Below, one piece after another: positions 1 through 8,001 of a stretch of 42,316 nt of DNA (position 1 is the first letter of the stretch; each line of letters begins with the position of its first letter). Below the pieces are notes generated by a model. That model was not told the DNA's origin and did not search any database. It saw nothing but the letters and a program-made list of their open reading frames with translations. The DNA comes from a bacterium. GTDB lineage: Bacteria > Fidelibacterota > Marinisomatia > Marinisomatales > UBA1611. The DNA lies in assembly GCA_018645565.1 (NCBI GenBank), contig JABGWJ010000134.1, positions 1 to 42,316 on the forward strand, in the 5' to 3' direction. Position numbers and translations under genes: made by a program.

Positions 1-3000
1 AATAATAATGTTTTATGGGAAGAGTATACTGCTGGCTCAAATGGAAAATTTACGTTAGAGAACCGTATAATCTCTGGTAATTACAGAATTAAAGTATTTG
101 GCAACGGGCATGGTAATAATGGCGAATATGCTGGTAATGGTGGAATAAATATTACTATTAAAGATAAAGATGAGAGTCCAAAAATTAATTTATCAACAGA
201 TGGACTTAGGCCTATACTTGCTGCAAAGCGAGGAGTTCAAAGGGTTTTGGTAAGGTGGAAAGCACTTCCGCACGCAGAATCATACACTGTTTATAAAAAT
301 AATAAACCTGTAGCTGAGAAGATTAAAGAAAATAAATATATTGATAATGTTGCCCCTGGGAAATTTTATGAATACCATGTAAGAGCATGGGATTTGTATG
401 ATTTAGAGGGTCCTGAATCTAATAAAGAAAAGCAAAAATCATCATATCAGTTTCCAACTTTAAAGCCTAGCATTAAAATGGGAGCCCTAAAATCTGAAGG
501 TAGTGGGCGAATTGTTACGCTTGAATGGATTGCAATTCCAAACGTGGAAAAGTATGCTATTTACAGAGACAGTGTTTTAATATCAAAACAAGAAGAATTA
601 ACTTACATCGATTCTTTAGAATGGGGTAAAGAATACAAATTTAGTATTAATTCTATTGATCCAGATAATGATGAAGGTGCAATCTCTGAGGATGTTCTTG
701 TTGCTACTCACCCTGAAGTTTTAACGCCTGAATTGACAGCTTTAGGAAATGTTAATGCTGTAGATTTAAAATGGACTGATTTAAGTCCTGTTGCTACGTT
801 TTATAAAGTATTTCGCAACGGAAGTTATCTTGGAGATTTTGATAATCCATCTTTTTCTGATAACGTTGCTCCAGGAAAAGAATATTGTTATTCAATTTCC
901 GCAGCAGATCAATATGGTACTGAGGGTGAACAATCAACTACTGAATGTGGAAAGGGTCAGTTTGCTCATCCTTCAAATTTTTCCGCTGAAGTAATGCGTA
1001 ATACCGTTCATTTTAAATGGAAATCTGTTGAGGGGGTAAGTGGTTATCATCTTTACAGGAATGGTGAACTCATCCTTACAACTCAAGATTTCGCTTATTT
1101 AGATGAAAATTTAGAATATGATAAAGATTTTCAGTACGATATTGCTTCATATGATCAAGATGGAGACGATGGACCTATAGTGAGCGTAAAAGTACGCACC
1201 CACGAAGAAGTAACTAGTCCAATGATGAGCGGTGCTGCAGATTTAAAGCAAGTTACTTTGACTTGGAATCAACTACCATTGCGTATTGACCATGTATACA
1301 AAGTCTATAGGGATGGACTCCTTCTTGCTGACTTAACAGATACCTTTTATGTTGACATCGTAGATCCAGGGCAATATTACTGCTATAAAATAACGGCTAA
1401 AGACTCTTATGGTACAGAAGGTCCAGCTTCGAATGAAGAATGCTATAAAGTTCTAGTAAATTACCCAAAAGGCCTCACTCTAACAGGGGATGTTAAAAGA
1501 GTCTTGTTTAGATGGAAGGAGATGTTAGGAGCTGTTCAATATAATATTTATTCTCATGATAAAGATAACGGCGAAACAACTTTTATGACTAAAACAACAA
1601 GTAGTTATTACATTCATAAAGGGCTAGAGTTTGACACAGAGTATTGTTACAAAATGTCATCCTTAGATTCCGACGGAGATGAAGGTCCATTATCTCCAGT
1701 AATGTGTGGATGGGTCATGCCTCCTCCTCATTTAACTTTAATTGAAAAGTTTTTTGTAGAGCAATCTGATAACCAAATCTTAGATGGAAAAGAGGATGGT
1801 TTAATTGTCATTAAAATAGTAAACGATGGAAGAAGTCCAGCTAGAGAACTAAAACCATATTTAGAACCATTAAATTTTTCAAATACACCCTCCTTGATTA
1901 TTGATACTGTTGCGACTATTCCTGTCCTTGGAGTTGGTGATTCCATTACAATTAATTTCCCAATTTCAGCAAAATTAAAAATTGAATCTGGTGATAGAAA
2001 TTTTAACATAAGAATTAATGAATATGCAGGCATGGATTTAGATCCAGAACTCATATCTTTCCCCACATTGGCAGTTGTACCGCCGAATCTTGTAATAGCT
2101 GATTTCGCTATTGACAATGAATTTGGACATCACTACATACCAAAAAATGAAACAACTACACTCACTGTTAGATTTCAAAATTTATCAATTGGAAAAACGG
2201 ATACTGCTGTTTTAGCTTTTAGAAGAGGAGAGGGTTTTAAAAATGATTTAGATGAGATAAAGACTTTTGGCTTGGTCCCTGGTGGAGCATGGTTTGATTA
2301 TAGTTTTGAACTGTTAGCAAAAGAAGATCGGTTCACAATCTATTTTGATACATATGATTATTTTGATGTAAGAAAAACAATTCCTATTCATCTTGAAACT
2401 TTAAAACATTACAAGGGTAAAGACGATTTAAAAGCTGTCGATATTGCCATTAATGACTTTTTATCTCCTGGTCAAAAGTCAAAAGACCATCGCTTGTTGT
2501 TAGACCTTCCTGATGCTAATATGAATAGAGATATGATAGGTGTCGTGATTGGGAATAAAAATTTTTGGACTGAAAAAATTCCAGGCAATCAGTCGAGTGA
2601 AGAAGATGTCAAAATTGTAAGGCAGTATTACAATAAACTTTTTGGAATGAAAAATCACCAGATGGTGCCTTCTCAATTTTGGCTTTTTGAAAATGGAGTC
2701 ACGATCAATAACTTTAATGAAATTTTTAACCCAAATCTCGGATTTATTAGAAATAAGATTGAATCAGTAGTAGAATATTCAAACCTCGATACAATTGATT
2801 TAATGTTATACTATTCAGGAGAAGGAACTACTATCGCAGGTGAAAAATGTATTATTCCTTATGATGCTGATGAAAATAAAATTAACTCATTTTTTAAGAT
2901 AAAAGATTTATACTTAATGCTCAAAGAAATTAATAAAATTGATAATATCGGAGATATATTTGTTTTTATGGATGTTGATTTTAATAACTCGGGTTTTAAA

Positions 3001-3375
3001 CAAAACTTTAAAACTGCTGATCTAGATAATCCAAAAAAGAAAAAGAAAAAGAAAAAGAAAAAAGGAGAAGAGCCCAAACTGCCCTTTCCAATGGAGTTAA
3101 TACCCCCCCAGGGTATTACAACTTTTTACGCTGCAAATACTACAGAAAAATCTTATGATCATCCTGATGCAAAAAATGGTATATTTACTTACTATATGTT
3201 AAAAGGTCTTCGAGGTGATGCTGACAATGGTGACAAGGTAATTACCGTTGGTGAATTACATAATTATATACGTAAAAATGTTCTTGATACCACAAAAAAC
3301 CTCTACTCTAGCTTACCTCAAACACCTCAACTATTTACTGAGAATCCTGATAGAGTATTGTTGCGACTACCATAA
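1..3375 (+). CDS. Secreted FN3-repeat / paired beta-sandwich / caspase-fold (peptidase C14-like, dyad-less) protein, 5'-truncated by the window edge
   Basis: Frame 1 has no stop from base 1 to the TTG at 247 used by the ORF track, so the gene starts upstream of the window. It has at least six ~85-aa FN3-like repeats (W...Y-x-[VI]-[YF]-[RK]-[ND]-G ... Y-C-Y ... D-x-x-G-x-E-G). Two CARDB-like beta-sandwich modules follow (track aa ~495-725). The C-terminal domain has caspase-family hallmarks: IGVVIGNKNFW, LYYSGEG, FVFMDVDF, NGIFTYYMLKGLRGDADNGDKVITVGELHNYI, QTPQLF. Stop is TAA. Confidence 0.85.
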   Translation, partial: NNNVLWEEYTAGSNGKFTLENRIISGNYRIKVFGNGHGNNGEYAGNGGINITIKDKDESPKINLSTDGLRPILAAKRGVQRVLVRWKALPHAESYTVYKNNKPVAEKIKENKYIDNVAPGKFYEYHVRAWDLYDLEGPESNKEKQKSSYQFPTLKPSIKMGALKSEGSGRIVTLEWIAIPNVEKYAIYRDSVLISKQEELTYIDSLEWGKEYKFSINSIDPDNDEGAISEDVLVATHPEVLTPELTALGNVNAVDLKWTDLSPVATFYKVFRNGSYLGDFDNPSFSDNVAPGKEYCYSISAADQYGTEGEQSTTECGKGQFAHPSNFSAEVMRNTVHFKWKSVEGVSGYHLYRNGELILTTQDFAYLDENLEYDKDFQYDIASYDQDGDDGPIVSVKVRTHEEVTSPMMSGAADLKQVTLTWNQLPLRIDHVYKVYRDGLLLADLTDTFYVDIVDPGQYYCYKITAKDSYGTEGPASNEECYKVLVNYPKGLTLTGDVKRVLFRWKEMLGAVQYNIYSHDKDNGETTFMTKTTSSYYIHKGLEFDTEYCYKMSSLDSDGDEGPLSPVMCGWVMPPPHLTLIEKFFVEQSDNQILDGKEDGLIVIKIVNDGRSPARELKPYLEPLNFSNTPSLIIDTVATIPVLGVGDSITINFPISAKLKIESGDRNFNIRINEYAGMDLDPELISFPTLAVVPPNLVIADFAIDNEFGHHYIPKNETTTLTVRFQNLSIGKTDTAVLAFRRGEGFKNDLDEIKTFGLVPGGAWFDYSFELLAKEDRFTIYFDTYDYFDVRKTIPIHLETLKHYKGKDDLKAVDIAINDFLSPGQKSKDHRLLLDLPDANMNRDMIGVVIGNKNFWTEKIPGNQSSEEDVKIVRQYYNKLFGMKNHQMVPSQFWLFENGVTINNFNEIFNPNLGFIRNKIESVVEYSNLDTIDLMLYYSGEGTTIAGEKCIIPYDADENKINSFFKIKDLYLMLKEINKIDNIGDIFVFMDVDFNNSGFKQNFKTADLDNPKKKKKKKKKKGEEPKLPFPMELIPPQGITTFYAANTTEKSYDHPDAKNGIFTYYMLKGLRGDADNGDKVITVGELHNYIRKNVLDTTKNLYSSLPQTPQLFTENPDRVLLRLP
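3034..3063 (+). repeat. (AAAAAG)4-AAAAAA simple sequence repeat encoding a Lys10 tract
   Basis: Read directly: cca aaa aag aaa aag aaa aag aaa aag aaa aaa gga, in frame with the 1..3375 CDS (NPKKKKKKKKKKGEEP). Confidence 0.95.
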
Positions 3376-3433
3376 AGTATATTTATATATGGTATTAAAA
3401 TCATAAAGATTTTTTAGCTGGGTTTTGAATACA

Positions 3434-6382
3434 ATGAAATTTCTTCTATTTTTACTATTCATTATTAATATTGGTTTTGCAAAGACTGTTTCAATATCAG
3501 GCAGTATATTTAATAATGAAGCCAAACCATCTCGTAAAGCTGAAGTAGAACTTCTAAATATTTTTGATGAGGTTGTATATGTTGTGAAGACAAATCGAAA
3601 AGGAAGATTTGAGATGCTGGACGTTAACCCAGATTACTACTATCTCAATGTGAATCATCCGAAAGATGGTTCAGTAAGAATTAAAATTAACCCAAGAACA
3701 GAAAGAAATCGTGACCTTATTTTAAGATTATCTCTTCAAAAAGATAAATCTGATGTATTGGTTTACACTTATTCTAATGTAAAACCTATTTTGAAAGATC
3801 CAGTATTAAGGATTAAAGACTTGGTCTCAAATGGTGATGAAAAGTCAATCACTTTAAATTGGAAAAAGTTAAATCAGGCTGTTAAATATAAAATAATTCG
3901 AAATGGTAATGATCTTTTTGAAACATATGGAAATGCATTCATTGATTCTTCCTTATTACCTGGAGTTAAGTATTGCTATAATGTTATAGCAATAGGAAAA
4001 TATAATTTGAGAGGAGTAGAAAGCGAGTCTTCTTGCAATAGTTCTCTTACAATGGCGCCAAAAAATATTTTAGGCGCTGTTAATGAAAATAATATAACTT
4101 TAAAATGGGACAAGGTTAATGGCGCTCAAGAATATATTGTTAAACGAAATGGTCTCAATGTCGGTTTGTCTGATTTAGAGATTTTTAACGATAGTGATTT
4201 GGAATATTCTAGAAAATATTTTTATTCCATTACTTCTTTAAGCTCGATTGGAGTTGAGGGGCTTACATCAGCTCCATTTGAAATAACAACCAGAGCTTAT
4301 GTTGAGCCACCAGCATTATCATCTATTATTCAGCAAACTTCCATTAAGCTAATATGGAATGAGGTAGAATTAGCAGTGAGTTATAACTTATATAGAGATG
4401 GTGGATTAATCGGTAATATAATTGGTAATTCTTACGAAGATAATTGTTATCCAGGGGAAACACATTGTTATCAAATAACAAGCATTGATAAATACAATGT
4501 TGAGAGCGTATTGTCCGGTAAACATTGCTCAAAATTAAATTTAAAATCCCCAACTAGTTTAAACGTAATAGGTGGTATAAAATCTAATCGTTTGAGCTGG
4601 GCAGGAGTTCAAGGTGCATTTGAATATTTGATATTCAAGAGCATTGGGCAAGATTCAACTCTATATCTTAATAAAACAAAAAACACTTCTTTCTTGGATA
4701 ATGATTTAGGGTATAATGAAGATCATTGTTATGTTGTTCAAGGATATGACTCAGAAGGTGATAAGAGTGGTTTTTCAAACATCGTTTGTGGCACAACAAA
4801 TAATCCGCCACTATTAAAAATAAAGAATTTCAAGCTTATTGATGATTCTCAAAACAGTATTCTCGAATCTGAAGAAAATGGTAAGTTGAGGTTTGCTATA
4901 TTAAATGAGGGAGGTAGTCCCTCAAAAAACATAGTTGTAAAAATTGAAAACAATTCATTTGGGAACAGTTTTCTCCAATATGATTCTTTAAAATTGATTG
5001 AGGCAATAAATGTCGACGAAGCTAAATATATTGATTTTATTGTTAAGGCTGATTTAAAAGTAAAAACTGGCGATCTAAAATTTCAAATATTCGCTTTAGA
5101 TGAAAATGGTTTTAAAAATGATAAACCATTTGAATTTATCATTAATACAAAGGCGGTTGAGCAGCCAAATATAATTTTAGCAGACTATTCAATTGAAAAC
5201 AGTTTTGGTACTAATTACATTCCAAAAAATGAAATTGTTAATCTTACACTTAGAATTCAAAATGTGGGTTTAGGGCTTACAGAAAAAGTTGATTTTATGC
5301 TTATTGAGAACCATACTTTTTCAACAGAAGACTTCACAGGATTAATACAAATCAAAAAATTAAATCCTGGAGATTATCAAGACTTAGATATTGGTATAAA
5401 AAGTGAAAAAGACCAGTTTGCAATAAAGTTTAAAACAGTTGATTATCTAGATAATGAAACAGTTCATCAAGTAGATTTAGAGCTAATGAATCATTATAGA
5501 TCAAAGAAAAGTTTAATTAGTCAAGAAATTGGTGCTGTAAATAGCAATCCTTATCCAATAAAAGTTGGTGAGGTAGATGTAGAAAAAAATATTCCAATTG
5601 GAAAAAGAAATGTTAATAATATGGCTATTATACTATCGATTGATGACTACGAAGATACTGATTTAAACATAGCAAAATATTCTGGGCGAGATGGACAAAT
5701 TTTTAGGCTGTATATGCAAAATTTATTTGGAATGGACGATTATCAGCTCTATCCATCAAAAATATGGCAGATGGAGAACGGACCATCTAAGAGTGATTTT
5801 CGCAAAGTATTTGACCCTCATCAAGGTGTAATACGTAATAGAGTGATATCTTCAAGTAAATATTCAGACGTTAATTTTGTAGATATTAATGTTTTCTATT
5901 CTGGATTGGGAGTATGGTTGAATAATAAACCTTATATAATTCCGCAAGATGGTAAAAAAATTGATCCGCTTTCTTACGTAAGTATTGAAGAATTATTAAA
6001 TAGTTTATCATTGTTATCGGTTTTGAAAAACATTAGATCAATTACTGTTTACTTAGACGTTAAATATATCAACTATTTGGAGGCCTCGAAGAATTATCAA
6101 TATCCAGAATTATCAAAAAAAATATCTGTGTTATTATCTTCATCTCCAGGCGAAAATTCTCAAGAAAGTGACGATATGAAACATAGTATCTTTTCGTACT
6201 TTTTGTTTAAAGGTCTAAAAGGCGATGCAATGGGAGAAGATAACATTCTTGAATTAGGAGAACTCGCAGAATATTTATTTAGAAAAATACCGGATTATTC
6301 AGTAAACCTTAAGGAAGGTTTTTTACAAAACTCTGAATTTATCGGTTCAGATTTAAAAAGAGTCTTAATAGATTTAAGATAA
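3434..6382 (+). CDS. Secreted CarboxypepD_reg-like / FN3-repeat / paired beta-sandwich / caspase-fold (dyad-less) protein, paralog of the upstream gene
   Basis: ATG at 3434 gives a classic signal peptide (MKFLLFLLFIINIGFA-KT); the track's TTG at 3425 is an alternative start. The N-terminal region looks like a carboxypeptidase-regulatory domain (GSIFNNEAKPSRKAEVELLN...TNRKGRFEM). Four FN3-like repeats and two beta-sandwich modules are colinear with the upstream protein (PNIILADYSIENSFGTNYIPKNE vs PNLVIADFAIDNEFGHHYIPKNE). The C-terminal caspase-like domain shows MAIILSIDDY, VFYSGLG, VYLDVKY, HSIFSYFLFKGLKGDAMGEDNILELGELAEYL. Confidence 0.85.
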   Translation: MKFLLFLLFIINIGFAKTVSISGSIFNNEAKPSRKAEVELLNIFDEVVYVVKTNRKGRFEMLDVNPDYYYLNVNHPKDGSVRIKINPRTERNRDLILRLSLQKDKSDVLVYTYSNVKPILKDPVLRIKDLVSNGDEKSITLNWKKLNQAVKYKIIRNGNDLFETYGNAFIDSSLLPGVKYCYNVIAIGKYNLRGVESESSCNSSLTMAPKNILGAVNENNITLKWDKVNGAQEYIVKRNGLNVGLSDLEIFNDSDLEYSRKYFYSITSLSSIGVEGLTSAPFEITTRAYVEPPALSSIIQQTSIKLIWNEVELAVSYNLYRDGGLIGNIIGNSYEDNCYPGETHCYQITSIDKYNVESVLSGKHCSKLNLKSPTSLNVIGGIKSNRLSWAGVQGAFEYLIFKSIGQDSTLYLNKTKNTSFLDNDLGYNEDHCYVVQGYDSEGDKSGFSNIVCGTTNNPPLLKIKNFKLIDDSQNSILESEENGKLRFAILNEGGSPSKNIVVKIENNSFGNSFLQYDSLKLIEAINVDEAKYIDFIVKADLKVKTGDLKFQIFALDENGFKNDKPFEFIINTKAVEQPNIILADYSIENSFGTNYIPKNEIVNLTLRIQNVGLGLTEKVDFMLIENHTFSTEDFTGLIQIKKLNPGDYQDLDIGIKSEKDQFAIKFKTVDYLDNETVHQVDLELMNHYRSKKSLISQEIGAVNSNPYPIKVGEVDVEKNIPIGKRNVNNMAIILSIDDYEDTDLNIAKYSGRDGQIFRLYMQNLFGMDDYQLYPSKIWQMENGPSKSDFRKVFDPHQGVIRNRVISSSKYSDVNFVDINVFYSGLGVWLNNKPYIIPQDGKKIDPLSYVSIEELLNSLSLLSVLKNIRSITVYLDVKYINYLEASKNYQYPELSKKISVLLSSSPGENSQESDDMKHSIFSYFLFKGLKGDAMGEDNILELGELAEYLFRKIPDYSVNLKEGFLQNSEFIGSDLKRVLIDLR

Positions 6383-6445
6383 TATGATTTCACTACATAT
6401 AAGATATGTGGACAAGTATATTGTAAAATTTATATATTTATATAG

Positions 6446-6961
6446 ATGAATAGAGGATTTGCTATATTTCTCATTGTTTTAGTAGGCTGTGGCTTATTTG
6501 GTTGGAGAGAGTATGAACGCCAAATGAGAGAAAAAGTGTACAAGAATAGAATTAAATTAAAACTTGCTCAGCAACAACAAAAACAAGATCAATTAGAAGA
6601 ATTAGAAGGAATTGAAAAAGAGGAAAAAACAAAATTTAAAGTACAAATTCCTCATGATGGTAAACCCGAAACAAATACCTATCCAATGATTCTTGATGCC
6701 ACGAGTTCTTTTGACCCGGACCAAGGTGACCGAATAAGGTATGGATGGAAACAGTTGAGTGGTAATAAAATTCGATTAAGACCAAATTCTAGTTCTGGTA
6801 TTGTTTCATTTGAAGGCACGCCTGGAGAATACACTTTTGAACTGACTGTTTCCGATAATTATGGCATGGCTACAGTTATTACTAAAACAGTCAAGATTGA
6901 GAAAGAACCTAATCAAGCTCCAATAGTAGATTTAGAGATTAGGCAAGGAGTCACCGATTAA
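6446..6961 (+). CDS. Lipoprotein with Gln/Glu-rich coiled-coil linker and PKD-like (K319L-type) Ig domain
   Basis: Lipobox FLIVLVGC at the N-terminus. Charged linker KLAQQQQKQDQLEELEGIEKEEK. PKD-type pattern ILDATSSFDPDQGDRIRYGWKQLSGN...GEYTFELTVSDNYG...V.I. Confidence 0.7.
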   Translation: MNRGFAIFLIVLVGCGLFGWREYERQMREKVYKNRIKLKLAQQQQKQDQLEELEGIEKEEKTKFKVQIPHDGKPETNTYPMILDATSSFDPDQGDRIRYGWKQLSGNKIRLRPNSSSGIVSFEGTPGEYTFELTVSDNYGMATVITKTVKIEKEPNQAPIVDLEIRQGVTD

Positions 6962-7027
6962 TAGCTGCATAATTTTACCTCTTTGACTCTTCATTAAGCT
7001 CTATTACTCTATACTTAATTTATAATT

Positions 7028-7981
7028 TTGAAAAATAGTTACTATTCCCTTGGCATTGACATTGGAGGTACAAACACTGTATTTGGTGCTATATCACACG
7101 ATGGTCTTATATTAAAGAAAGATTCAATTTTGACAAATGCAGATCAAAATCCTGTCCATTTATTTGATAAAATTTTTGAAAGAAATAAGGTTTGGACAAA
7201 AGAACTTGATAATCGATACTTCTTTAAAAACATAGGCATTGGTGTTCCTAATGGTAACTATTTCACAGGCATGGTTAAAGATCCACCAAACTTAGGTCAG
7301 AAATGGCAAAATTTAGATTTAGTTAAGTTTGTAAAAAAATATTATGATATCCCTGTAAAAATTACAAATGACGCAAATGCTGCAGCCTTGGGAGAAAAAT
7401 CTTTTGGAGTTGCAAAAGAAATGAAAAATGCTGTAGTTGTTACTCTTGGTACTGGTTTAGGTAGCGGATTAATTATTGAAGGTAAGGTGTTTTACGGTCA
7501 TGATGGTTTTGCTGGGGAATTAGGTCATATTATCATTGACCCGAAAGGTCGTATTTGTGAGTGTGGAAGGCAAGGATGTTTGGAAATGTATGTTTCTGCG
7601 AAGGGGTTAAAACACACGATTGATGATTATTTATCTCGCTATCCAAACGATAAAACATTATTAAATCTGCAAGTAAATAATTTTGATGGAAAAAAGATGG
7701 ATGAAGCATTTGACGCTGGAGTAAATATAATTCAAGAAATCTATGAGTTTACGGGTAATATACTCGGCCAAGGTCTTGCTCAAGCTTCCACAATTCTTTC
7801 TCCTGAAGCGTTTATATTTTATGGAGGATTAAGTAATGCAAAACATCGAATACTTAAATTTGCAAAACAGTCAATGGATGCTAATCTATTAAGCTTTCAA
7901 AAAAATAATATAAAAATACTTTTATCTGAATTACCTGATGGTGAGGCAGGCATCATTGGTGCTTCTTGTTTACATCAATAA
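7028..7981 (+). CDS. ROK family sugar kinase (glucokinase-like)
   Basis: N-terminal ATP-binding LGIDIGGTN, DANAAALGE, and the ROK zinc motif GHIIIDPKGRICECGRQGCLE. TTG start; no in-frame ATG upstream. Confidence 0.85.
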   Translation: MKNSYYSLGIDIGGTNTVFGAISHDGLILKKDSILTNADQNPVHLFDKIFERNKVWTKELDNRYFFKNIGIGVPNGNYFTGMVKDPPNLGQKWQNLDLVKFVKKYYDIPVKITNDANAAALGEKSFGVAKEMKNAVVVTLGTGLGSGLIIEGKVFYGHDGFAGELGHIIIDPKGRICECGRQGCLEMYVSAKGLKHTIDDYLSRYPNDKTLLNLQVNNFDGKKMDEAFDAGVNIIQEIYEFTGNILGQGLAQASTILSPEAFIFYGGLSNAKHRILKFAKQSMDANLLSFQKNNIKILLSELPDGEAGIIGASCLHQ

Positions 7982-8001
7982 TTTTTTAGCTAAATAGTAT
8001 A

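Noticed and set aside
2859-3077. Minus-strand ORF containing a poly-Phe run (MGSSPFFFFFFFFFFGLS...).
   Set aside because: It is simply the reverse complement of the (AAAAAG)n Lys tract inside the well-supported plus-strand gene.
3397-3415. AAAATC-ataaa-GATTTT hairpin plus T-run after gene 1, and CTACATAT-aag-ATATGTGG (6393..6411) after gene 2, as rho-independent terminators.
   Set aside because: The stems are 6-8 bp of almost only A-T (plus one G-U) pairs, so predicted stability is very low. The second lacks a T-run. I cannot support them as terminators without energy calculation or 3'-end data.
6407-6425. TGGACA-N-ATTGTA upstream of the PKD lipoprotein gene, resembling a sigma-54 -24/-12 promoter.
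   Set aside because: The spacing between the GG and the G(T) dinucleotides is 11 nt rather than 10, and the -12 element is TTGT, not TTGC. It does not fit the strict GG-N10-GC geometry.
3378-6444. Identical 12-mer TATATTTATATA at 3378..3389 (upstream of gene 2) and 6433..6444 (upstream of gene 3) as a shared regulatory motif.
   Set aside because: It is pure A/T low-complexity sequence in an AT-rich genome. The two copies sit at very different distances from their start codons (45 nt versus 2 nt). Chance is the simplest explanation.
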